Assembly (NCBI GenBank): GCA_965262915.1 | Contig: OZ253564.1 | Span: 224,001 to 288,000, forward strand | Reading direction: 5' to 3' | From: Candidatus Spongiisociaceae bacterium | GTDB lineage: Bacteria; Actinomycetota; Acidimicrobiia; Spongiisociales; Spongiisociaceae | Length of the DNA: 64,000 nt | Shown here: positions 28,158 to 37,900 of the stretch, one piece after another | Numbering within the stretch: the stretch's first letter is position 1 | Layout of the letters: the number at the start of each line of letters is the position of its first letter | Program-made: the position numbers and the translations under genes | The notes under the pieces: generated by a model | What the model saw: the letters and a program-made list of their open reading frames with translations, nothing else | Told to the model about the DNA's origin: nothing | The model's database searches: none

Positions 28158-28493
28158 CTATGAGCAGATGTCGATCGCCGGGGTTTGGTGGGGTTCGGTG
28201 GGTGTGGGGGTTAGCCAATAGGAGTGGACAGCTTGGGCTGATACCCCTATGAGGTTCCCGATCTGTCTCAGAGTGGCGCCTGTGTTGTGGAGTTCGGTGC
28301 ACACGGCTCGTAGTTCACGGTTTGTGTCCCCCAGGGCTGCCTGCTGTTGGCGGCGCCGCTCGGCGATCTGGGGGGCGCGTACCCACGGGGAATGGTAAGA
28401 AGCCGACAGCTCCGGCGACTTCGCCGGTCTGGCGTTGCGGGTACTGGCGGCGCGGCGTCGGGGTGGTGGCCTCTTTCTGCGTCGTCTAGCCAT
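28158..28493 (-). CDS. Small HTH DNA-binding protein (putative)
   Basis: TGATLRQIGNLIGVSAQAVH resembles an HTH. Confidence 0.5.
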   Translation of the reverse strand: MARRRRKRPPPRRRAASTRNARPAKSPELSASYHSPWVRAPQIAERRRQQQAALGDTNRELRAVCTELHNTGATLRQIGNLIGVSAQAVHSYWLTPTPTEPHQTPAIDICS

Positions 28494-28929
28494 CGTCTCG
28501 GTTCCCTTTCCTCAGACCCCAGTTAGGTGACTGGCATCTGTTACCCCGCCGGGTCCGGCCGCCCGGGGTCCTGCGACGGGGCATTGACCACTTCTGGTGG
28601 GCAGCCGAGCTGACCAGGCCGGGCCGTGACAGGTGCGGGACGACCGGCCAGGACCGGCCACAGTTGCAGATGCTGTCGGGATCCGATGAACCGGCCGCCC
28701 GGCCCGGTCGTGCAGCCCGACCGCCTCCAGCTCCCCGCACAGCCGCCTTCTGAAGTCGGGGACGCCAAGGCCCCGGCGGGAGACCCGCAGGGAGCTGGGT
28801 GGCCCCTTTTGCGGAGCCGTAGCGTCCGGGCTTTTGGGGGTTGGTGTCATGCTGCGGGTCGGAGACCGTTGAGCCAGTCATACACTTCGTGGTGTAACCA
28901 ACCCACAGCGCGCGACCGCTCGCTCAAAG

Positions 28930-29680
28930 GCGCGCTCGCCGCCAAAAGGCGCGCTCGCGAGCGCGCTCGTCTCTGACCTGGGGTTCCGCGACACCACAGA
29001 TACCGCCCCACCCCTCCCAACACCCGACCCCCAACATGAGATTGCCCATCCGGGTACCGCTGTACCCACCAGGTCCGTGCCCGCGTCGTGAGACAAAGAA
29101 AGGTCGTGCTCTTTGGTTTCTCATCTCGGGGTTTGCTTTCCGATCGAATTCCTGTATTTGGTTGCTGCGGCCCTCCGATAGGAGAGCCCCGCTATTTGGT
29201 CGGCGAACGTAGCGGCCCAGACCGTGCGCGACCGTGCGTTTAGCCCCAAACCGTGCGACTAACCGTGCGACTAACCGTGCGTCTGTCTCTGACCTGGGGT
29301 TTCGCGGCACCACAGATACCCCGTCCTACTCCCCTTCAACACCCGACCCGCAACATGAGATTGCCCATCCGGGTACCGCTGTACCCACCAGGTCCGTGCC
29401 CGCGTCGTGAGACAAAGAAAGGTCGTGTTGTCGGTTTCTCATCTCGGGGTTTGCTTTCCGATCGAATTCTGTTCTTGGCTGCTGCCCGTCCTGCCCGTGG
29501 GGGAGAGCCCCGCTATTTGGTCGGCGACCGTAGAGGCACCAACAGCGCGAGCGCGCTCGTCCCTGACCTGGGGTTCCGCGGCACCCGAGATACCGTCCTA
29601 CCCCCCTTCAACACCCGACCCCCGACACCAGATCGCCCCCACCTGGTATCCCTGTACCCCCGGTCCGTGCCCCCGCCAAA
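28930..29680 (+). repeat. Three tandem imperfect ~275-315 bp repeats with internal short direct-repeat arrays
   Basis: GTC(T/C)CTGACCTGGGGTT(C/T)CGCG anchors at 28969, 29285, 29559; about 77 bp identical at 29032-29108 and 29351-29427. Confidence 0.9.
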
Positions 29681-30030
29681 ACGGTCCCGGAGCGGCTACG
29701 AACAGGGCCGGATACCGCTGTACACCCTGCATCCGATGAGGTGTCGCGGGCCTAGGCACGGTAGGAGCCCTCAACGTTTGGAGGGGATCGCCGTCATCTC
29801 CCGCCTGCTGCCCCGCAAACCCGGTGTCCCAACCCCTTACCCGCCGGACGAGTGCCAGGTTCTGTGATGCCGGGGGAAGAGCCGGGGAGGTGGGGCTGTT
29901 GGACGGGTGTCTGTCGGATGGTCCCGGGACGGTGCGGGGTGTGGGACTGGGAGGAGGCCTTATGGGCCTGTTCGAGCTGGGGGTAGAGATCATGGCCGAT
30001 GTACGGGGGTAGTGGAGTACCCGGGGGTTA

Positions 30031-30190
30031 GTACCGGAGTATCCGATCGGGGGGGGGGGGGGGGGGGGGGGGGGTACGTGGGTATCGGGGGTGGGGTCGT
30101 GACCGGGGGTGAGAGGGTGTGTCAACCCGGGTTAAAAGCGAGGCACGTTTGCATTGAAATGCGGAAGCACGGTACCCCCCTGAGGTACCG
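30031..30190 (+). repeat. Left arm of a long inverted repeat (partner 40101-40246)
   Basis: GTGTCAACCCGGGTTAAAAGCGAGGCACGTTTGCATTGAAATGCGGAA matches the reverse complement within 40101-40175. Confidence 0.85.
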
Positions 30191-30455
30191 CGGTACCCCT
30201 CGTTGGGTATTGGGGTGCCGCACCCCTGGAGTGCGATCAGGTGGCCTGTTTGGCTGGGTGTCCAACTCTCCACGATCCTGCGTGGGCGACTCGTGTACGC
30301 GGAGGGAGAGGTCACGGGCCGGGGGCCCGGTCGCGGAAGGGTGTGTAGCCCTATGGTGTAGCCGGCCGGATGGCCAGACGGTTTGCTACATTCTGTGTCC
30401 TGCCGCATCAGGCGTCTCTGGCCACGGCAGTTTGACCATCGAACCGGGCAAATCC

Positions 30456-32906
30456 ATGGACACACAACACATCGCGTTTCTGGACTTGTTCAACTCGCAG
30501 GTGCAGTACGTAGTGCCGCGTTGGCAGCGCCGCTACTGCTGGGGTCAGTCCGACATCGAGAGGCTGGTCGAAGACCTCTTGGCCGTGGCACAATCGAAGT
30601 TGGGTTCTGAACCGGCTCACTATGGAGGCACCCTCCTCACCTTCCCGGAGTCACGGGCCGCGCAGCCGGTGACAGTCCACCGTGTCGTCGACGGGCAGCA
30701 GAGACTCACCACAGTCAGCATCCTGCTCGCCTGCATAGCGAGAGAGCTTGGTCTCGACGGGGAATGCGGAGTCTGGACCGGGCGGACCATCATGGACGAT
30801 CGCCTTACGAATCCGGGGAAGAGTGCCGACCGGTTCCGCAAACTTCGGCTGCAGGACGGTGATGAAGATGAGTACCGGTCGGGCCTCGACGGCAACCCGC
30901 ATGGTCCGGGCGCGGTTGCCCAAGCTTGGAGGATCGCTCGAAGGCTGGTCCGGCGAAGTGACATGGCATTGCTTCTGAAGGGTCTGGAACGGCTCCGAGT
31001 GGTGAGTATCGGCCTTGGAGACCACGACGATCCCCAACAGATCTTCGAGAGCCTGAATGCCACGGGACGGCCCCTCACCGAGAGCGAGAAGCTCAAGAAC
31101 TGGCTGCTCATGGGTTTGGAAGATGCGGAACAGCAGGAGCTCCACGATCGCTATTGGAAGCGGATAGAAGCCACGCTGGATGCGCGGTACTCTACCGATC
31201 CGATCGACATCTTCCTCCGCGACTTCCTGCGGTGGCAGACCGGCGAGTTGCGAGGTGTCAAGCGGGTCTACGAGGATCTGCGGCGGTGGGCCGTGCGGAC
31301 CGGCAAAGGAGAGGATCGACGGGCGCTCCTAGCCGATCTGGCCGACCTCGCCGCACACTATGGCGTCCTGATAGGTGCAAGCAAGCACCCGTACCGGGCT
31401 GTTGAACGGGAGCTCCGTCACCTGCGGGACATGGGCTTCGATACCCACCGACCCCTGACCCTGCGTCTCCTCCATGAAGCCCCTACGGCAGACGAGGTCG
31501 ACTGGACGGAGGCAACTCTGAGCAGAGTATTGGCTGGGATCGGGACCTGGGTTACTCGTTTCTGGCTATCAGACCGCCCGATGGCTGGGATGAACAAAGC
31601 GTTCGCCGAGCTTGCCCGCCGGCGCGGTCCGAGCAGTGAAGAAGATCCGGCCGAGTGCTGGCTGGAACGGATACGAAGGCTCCGCAACCAGCGCGTGGAA
31701 GTCCCCGACGACGAAGCGGTTCGGGCTGGGATCCGAAGTCGAAAGGCGTATGGCGGCAGCGCAACGCGTGCCACGAAGGCGGTCTTGTGCGCCATGATGG
31801 AATCGGAGCAGCGCGGCGACGCTCCCGCCCGACGACATCTTACGGTCGAGCACGTGATGCCTCGAAAACTCACCGACGAGTGGAGGTCGGTGTTGGGAGA
31901 GGACGCAGAGCGGATCCACAAGTCTTACTGCCACCAGCTCGCCAACCTCACCCTGAGCGGGGTGAACGCGGAAATGGGGGCGAAGCCCTTCGCGGAGAAA
32001 CAGGCGATCATGAAACGCAGCGGCGTGCTGCTGACCAGGCAAATCGCCGACGAAGAGTCCTGGGATGAAGACGTACTGGAACGGCGGGCCGAGGAATTGG
32101 CAGACCGGGCGCTAAGCCTCTGGCCATGGTCCGATCCTGATGCGCACCCGCACACACCACCAGGCAGCACATGGCGGATGCAATGGCGCACAGAGGGAGG
32201 CGACTGGCATAAGGAAACTTATGCCAGTCAGATGGTGTTGAACGTCGCCGGAGCGCTACTCAGCCACGACTCTGACAACGCGGAACGTCTCCGTGGTGAG
32301 ACACTCTCGCGGAACCTGCAGCTGGCCAGCCGATATCCACCGGGCAGCCAGGCCGGAACCATGACCATGCGAGCGGTGCCTGGCCACAAGTCCTACGTTC
32401 TGTACCCCTACCGGCGTGACTTCTCCGCTAGCGCCGCCGCGTGTCGAGAGATGGGCGAGCGATGCGGGACTCTGGTCGAGGTGGAGTTCCAGGACACGCC
32501 AATGATGAAGGCATTCTGGAGACGTCTCAAAGCAGAGACGGGAGGCCTACCCGGTCAGGATGACGAGTGGCGTAACTGGAGTCATTGGACAAGGGAGTTG
32601 AACGCTCTGGGCGATATGGTCGGCGTCAGTCTGCGCCGCGAGTCGATTGGACTGTACCTGAGGGCTTCTCCGTACAAGAACCCGTCCGGCCGAGCCCAGC
32701 GAATGCTCAAATACTCCCGAACCATCCGAGAGTCCATGTACGACCAGGAACTGGATGGGAATGAGATGTCCGAGAGCAAGAAGGGGAAGAGTGTGTCGGT
32801 TCGCCGGGCATGGGACCGAGACGAACAAGAAGCCTGGCCCGAAGCCGCCCTATGGATCAAAGACCAAGCCGACCGCCTGCAAGCCATCGCACAAGCCTTC
32901 CACTAG
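30456..32906 (+). CDS. GmrSD-type (DUF262 + DUF1524/HNH) modification-dependent restriction enzyme with C-terminal extension
   Basis: VPRWQRRYCW, VVDGQQRLTT, IFESLNATGRPLT, TVEHVMP, LANLTL. Confidence 0.9.
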   Translation: MDTQHIAFLDLFNSQVQYVVPRWQRRYCWGQSDIERLVEDLLAVAQSKLGSEPAHYGGTLLTFPESRAAQPVTVHRVVDGQQRLTTVSILLACIARELGLDGECGVWTGRTIMDDRLTNPGKSADRFRKLRLQDGDEDEYRSGLDGNPHGPGAVAQAWRIARRLVRRSDMALLLKGLERLRVVSIGLGDHDDPQQIFESLNATGRPLTESEKLKNWLLMGLEDAEQQELHDRYWKRIEATLDARYSTDPIDIFLRDFLRWQTGELRGVKRVYEDLRRWAVRTGKGEDRRALLADLADLAAHYGVLIGASKHPYRAVERELRHLRDMGFDTHRPLTLRLLHEAPTADEVDWTEATLSRVLAGIGTWVTRFWLSDRPMAGMNKAFAELARRRGPSSEEDPAECWLERIRRLRNQRVEVPDDEAVRAGIRSRKAYGGSATRATKAVLCAMMESEQRGDAPARRHLTVEHVMPRKLTDEWRSVLGEDAERIHKSYCHQLANLTLSGVNAEMGAKPFAEKQAIMKRSGVLLTRQIADEESWDEDVLERRAEELADRALSLWPWSDPDAHPHTPPGSTWRMQWRTEGGDWHKETYASQMVLNVAGALLSHDSDNAERLRGETLSRNLQLASRYPPGSQAGTMTMRAVPGHKSYVLYPYRRDFSASAAACREMGERCGTLVEVEFQDTPMMKAFWRRLKAETGGLPGQDDEWRNWSHWTRELNALGDMVGVSLRRESIGLYLRASPYKNPSGRAQRMLKYSRTIRESMYDQELDGNEMSESKKGKSVSVRRAWDRDEQEAWPEAALWIKDQADRLQAIAQAFH

Positions 32907-33155
32907 GCCCTCGCCTCACACGGTAGGCCACGCCGCCTGACATCTGCCAACCAGGCCAGCCCTACCCACAATCGCGCACTTGCCTCCAGGGGGTGAGGGA
33001 TCTCAGTGATCGAGAGTGGGGAGTTTTGCTGATCGTCAACATATGTTTCTCGTGCGAACGCCCGACAGGTGCAGACGAACGGACGCAACATCAGACATCA
33101 TGGCTTGCCGGCGTTCTGTTGATCAACGACCGATGGTGAATCCGTGGTCGCGGGA

Positions 33156-34265
33156 CTAGAAGGGAACCTCCTCCGAATAGTCGCCCATGGTTGCTGCCGT
33201 GCTCGTTCCCACGACTGTTAGCTCACCGTCCACCCGCGCTTCTAGTGAACGCATTGTGTTTCGCGCTGCAACGATCAGATCCTCGTAGGTTAGAACTTCT
33301 ATCCGGCTCAGGTGACTGTTGTAGGTGCGGATAGCCTCGCGAAATTCGGCAGGTGTCACGTCCGATTGCCGGTTGTGCCCTGGATACCCAACAATGACGG
33401 ACGCAAAGGCCCTTCGACACTCAATATCGTGCTCACCGCCGATCAAATGACGTTGCTCGTCGACGGACCGAAGATAATTCGCCGCCTGACCAACAGCGGA
33501 GTTCACCTCCGGACCAACTATGCAGTGCTGCCGGTGTCGACGCACTGCTCCTGGCACATTGGCCTTCTTGAGTTCAATCACGTGAAGAACCCCATCAGCC
33601 CGGAGGAGTGGTATATCGAACTGATCAAGGAGGGTCAGGTGCCTCCGATCAACCCGGGATACGTAGTTACCTCCGAGGAGCCACCAATTGTCCTCAAGGA
33701 CCGCCTGCAGTTGGGGTTCAGTCGACGCAGGATCACGAACGAGACGCTCGAACTGTTCGGTGACCTCCCGCTGTCGGCGAAGGTTGAATGCCATGCCCAA
33801 TAACTCAACACCTTCGATTTCGTCGAGTGTCGAGACCAACTCGACCTGCTTCGTCAACTGCTCTGCCAGCGCAGCAATGATGTCGGGGCCAACGCGACCT
33901 TGACGTATCTGCTTGATGAGCACGCCTAGGGCACCATCGGCTGAGACCAGCGAGTACTCACCGACCCCCGAGAGCTCGGCAGTCAGAAACTTCCGTAGTG
34001 CATGAACCTCGGCGTCGCGACAGGACCACCGGCGCTCTTCCGTTTCCGTCCAGTCGTTCCCAGACCGATGCCAGTCCCGACCGTGGAATTCGACGTGGCT
34101 AATGGTTTCTCGCGTCCTTCCGAACCAGAGCAGGGAGGCGGTCCTCCAAGTCTTCGGACCCTCCTTCAAGTAGGCAGTCTCGATACGCTGTAGCCCTGGG
34201 ACGGAGAAGCTGTCCCGGACGCGCACGCGTAGACTTTCGGGTTCGTTCACGCCACTATCTGACAC
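33156..34265 (-). CDS. Shedu-type (DUF4263) anti-phage nuclease
   Basis: EPQLQAVLEDNWWLLGG, FDIPL..VIELKK, AVGQAANY, IEVLTYEDL. Confidence 0.82.
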   Translation of the reverse strand: MSDSGVNEPESLRVRVRDSFSVPGLQRIETAYLKEGPKTWRTASLLWFGRTRETISHVEFHGRDWHRSGNDWTETEERRWSCRDAEVHALRKFLTAELSGVGEYSLVSADGALGVLIKQIRQGRVGPDIIAALAEQLTKQVELVSTLDEIEGVELLGMAFNLRRQREVTEQFERLVRDPASTEPQLQAVLEDNWWLLGGNYVSRVDRRHLTLLDQFDIPLLRADGVLHVIELKKANVPGAVRRHRQHCIVGPEVNSAVGQAANYLRSVDEQRHLIGGEHDIECRRAFASVIVGYPGHNRQSDVTPAEFREAIRTYNSHLSRIEVLTYEDLIVAARNTMRSLEARVDGELTVVGTSTAATMGDYSEEVPF

Positions 34266-34934
34266 GTCTGCCCTTCATAGCCAGCGATCATCGTCACATG
34301 TCTTCTCGACGCTGCCTTCGGTCTTCGCCCTGAGAACTGAACACGAGCGATATCGGAAACCCATGCCATAGTAGCCCCTGGGTTCAGCCTTCCTCGGCGA
34401 TATGCCACACCAGCAACGAATCGGAGGTTGCTACGAACGTGGGCCACGTTGACCGTCACCGCCTGCGAGGATCCTTGAAGTCCCCCCCTTGGTCTCGGCT
34501 TGGTCCTTCTTGGACGGCTGCGAAGTGCCAGGTCGTGGGTGGTGGAGATGTTCCCGTACGGGTGGTTGGTTGGCTCGTAGGGCTTGTTCGTTCGAGGCGA
34601 GCGGTTGCGGCCGTGCCGCTGGGGATGTCGGTCGGGGCGGTCTTGCGGGGAGGCGCTGGATCGGGTTTAGGGCAGTCCCCGGACCCGCATGGTTGGCCGG
34701 GTTTGCGTGGTGATGGGTGATCACCGGTGCTGGTGTGCTAACGGTTCGGGTTGTTGGTCGGACTCAGTTTCGGTCTGCCTAGGTCGCGTACCTGATCCCA
34801 TTCTGGATTGGAGCCTGTAGCGTGTGGAGTAGTGTCAGGCACGGGTTTGGGGTGGAACACCACGGGATCCGAGACCGAGAAGGGTTGGGCCGGGGGGCGA
34901 TTCTGGTCCGTGTGGGTAGCAGCGAGAGTGTGAG

Positions 34935-37900
34935 GTGGTTGTGCCGCTGGAGGGGTGGGCTGGCCCGGTTGGCGATCTGGGTCGTTATGTCTCGGAGGAG
35001 TCAGGCCGTTCGCTTGAGGGTTATAGCGTCCAGCCGAATTGGGTTGATGAGCATGCCAACGAGGAGCAGGATACGGCGCGGGGTGGTTACCAGAGTCGGC
35101 AACTGTTTGAGTTGGTTCAGAACAGCGCTGATGCGCTTTGGGCGGACGCGGGGGCTGGAGTTCGTGACCCTGCGTCGTTGGGGGTTTCTGGGCGTATCGG
35201 GGTGCGTCTGACAGCACAGTATTTGTATTGCGCTGATAACGGTGACCCGATCGACGCCGATGGTGTGAAGGCTCTGATGTTCTCTCGGCTGTCGCCGAAG
35301 CGGGGAACGGACCAGATCGGTACGTTCGGTGTCGGGTTCAAGGCTGTTCTTGGTGTTAGTGACTCACCGGAGTTCTTCAGCCGATCGGGCTCGTTCCGCT
35401 TTGATCGTGCCAGTTCGCAGGAGCGGATCAGAACGGTTGTCCCTGGTGCTACACGCTGTCCGGTGCTGCGGCTGCCGGAGCCGATCGATCCTGGCGACTA
35501 TTGGGAACAGGACGGTGTGCTGTCTGATCTGATGGGGTGGGCGGTGAACATTGTGCGGTTACCGCTCCGGTGTGGAGCCCGGGAGGATCTCCGCAGGCAG
35601 ATGGAGAAGTTCCCCGCGGAGTTCCTTCTGTTCGTGGCGCATGTCGGGTCGCTGACACTGACCGACGATTCCGGCTCGGTTGACCGTGTCCTGGAGTTGG
35701 AGAGCGTTGGCGATAGCTATCTGCTCGCCGAGGGTGATACGTCCAGCGAGTGGAGACTTTTCGAACGTGCCCACCGGCTGGGCAAAGACGCCTTTGCTGA
35801 CCGGCGTCCCGGCGACGAACGGGAGTCGGTTCCCCTCTGGTGGGCTGCACCGGTGGACCGGCTTCACCGGCGTGGTAGGTTCTGGGCGTTCTTTCCGACC
35901 CACACCGATAGCCTTGTCCCGGGAATCCTCAACGCTCCTTGGAAAACCAACGAGGACCGTCAGAATCTTCTCCCGGGTCCTTACAACGACGAGTTGATCG
36001 CCGCGTCCGCAGAGCTGATAGCTGACAAGTTGCTCCTGATAAGAACTGTGGAGGATCCCGCACGTCACTTGGACGTGCTGCCACGCGGTGAGGAGTGGCG
36101 TGACTCCCGTCACGAGAAGATGCTTCGAAAGCGAATACATGCGGTTCTGCACGGGCGACGGGTGGTCCCAGATCAGAGCGGCACACTCCGCCGCGTTGGG
36201 GATATTTCCTACCCGCCAGAGGTGCTGACTCCACGTGATGGGCTCGTTGCGGAGCCGCTCGAGCGGTGGGCGGCCTATGAGGGACGACCGAACGGCTGGC
36301 TGCATCACAAAGCGCTAAGCCGGACTAGGCGAGCGGCTGTCGACCGCCTGTTCCGTGCCCCTCACCAACCGGCTTCGAGGGTCTCACGGGCGCCAAGAGC
36401 GTCGCTCGCCACCTGGCTCGAAGCCCTCGTCAGCGAGGCTGGACGGGGAGACGCAGTCGCCGCGTCGATGGCGGCGATCCACACCGCGGCGTGCATCCCG
36501 GACACCATTCGAATACGCGCCGATCTCGGTAGGATTGTGTTGACAGAGTCCGGTCGCTGGCGCACACCAGATCCGCTATCGGTGTTCCTCCCGCTTGAGT
36601 CTTCGGGTGTCGTCGAGGCCGCCGATCCGGACTCGACGGTCAACTCGGAGTTGATAGCAGACCGGGAGACCCTTAGGGCGTTGCAGGCGCTGGGCCTCAG
36701 GCCACCTTCGCCCAAAGCGCGGTTCCGGGCTATCGCAAAGCGTGCACTCCGCAGCTTGTCTCGAAATGCCGACCTCCACACCGAGTTCTGGAAGGCATCC
36801 CGCGCTGTCGATCCGATCGACGCCGCAAAGGCGATCCGGGAACACTATTGGTGGCGCGACGCCGTGCGTGTCCGGACCCGAGCTGGCGGATGGCAGCAGC
36901 TTCGGGCCGTTCTGATGCCCGGTGGCATTGTTCCTGGCGACGGAACCCGCGACAACGAAGTGACCGTCGATTGCGAGTTCCATGACCTCGACAGGGAGCT
37001 ACTCAGCGCCGTCGGGGTGACCAGTACGCCCGTCGAAGGATACGACAAGGGACTGGAGAGGTCCCCGTTCAAGCAGTACGAGAAGCTGAGCGAGAAGAAG
37101 TACAGGCGCCGTACCGATCTGCCAGCTTGCCCGAGACGCGGCTACTTGGAGTTCACAAGCTACAACAACATCGGGCCATTGATGATCCTTCGGGACCTGT
37201 CTGAGGAGGGTGCTGCCGCCTATACAGATGCTTTGCTGAGTTTGGATGCCTGCTATCAGCCGTGGGTGATGTGGCATACAGGCACCAACCGCTGGCACTA
37301 CCCGGAATCTGCGTGCGAGTCACTCCCGATCTGGTACCTCCGCAGCTTCGGACAGATCCAGACACCCACGGGAATTGTGGCGTTGAGCGACGCGTTCGGA
37401 CCGCACCCCGCGAGCCCCGCAGCTCTAAACGCCTTGTTGCAGCATCGGAACGCCGACAAGATCAAGGCGGCTTTCGATCTGTCCGATCCAGCACCCGAGC
37501 TGTTCGGCGAAGGGCACCCGACCCTGCTGGTCGATGTCTGGCCCGGGCTACGCGAGTACCTGTCCCCGCATCGTAGGAACGCTCAACTGGTTCCATGCGA
37601 GCGAATCCTCGTCGGCGGGGACGATCGACCCTGTGCCTTCCATACGCCCGACATTTACCTCGTTGGAAACGTCGATGACGACGAACGCGGCGCTCTCGAA
37701 CTCGTTACCCAAGAACTGGATCTCAGGCTGGGATACGTTGAGATCGAGGCGATCCTGAACCGTCGTACTCCAGCCGAAGTCGAAGAGAGACGCACCGCGG
37801 TTAGGCAGCACCCAACCCATGCCGGGCGCCTAGTTGCGGCGGTGGGCGAACAGGCCCTTCGTTCCGGTCTGCCTCGATCACTTCTGGACGTTCTGGAAGA

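Noticed and set aside
28930-29730. Possible CRISPR array
   Set aside because: Units are about 300 bp and largely homologous, with no short repeat/unique spacer periodicity and no cas genes in the window
30049-30074. 26-G run as a phase-variation switch for the 999-aa ORF starting at 29907
   Set aside because: The real GmrSD start is probably 30456; the inverted partner has only about 6 G, so expansion or artefact is likelier
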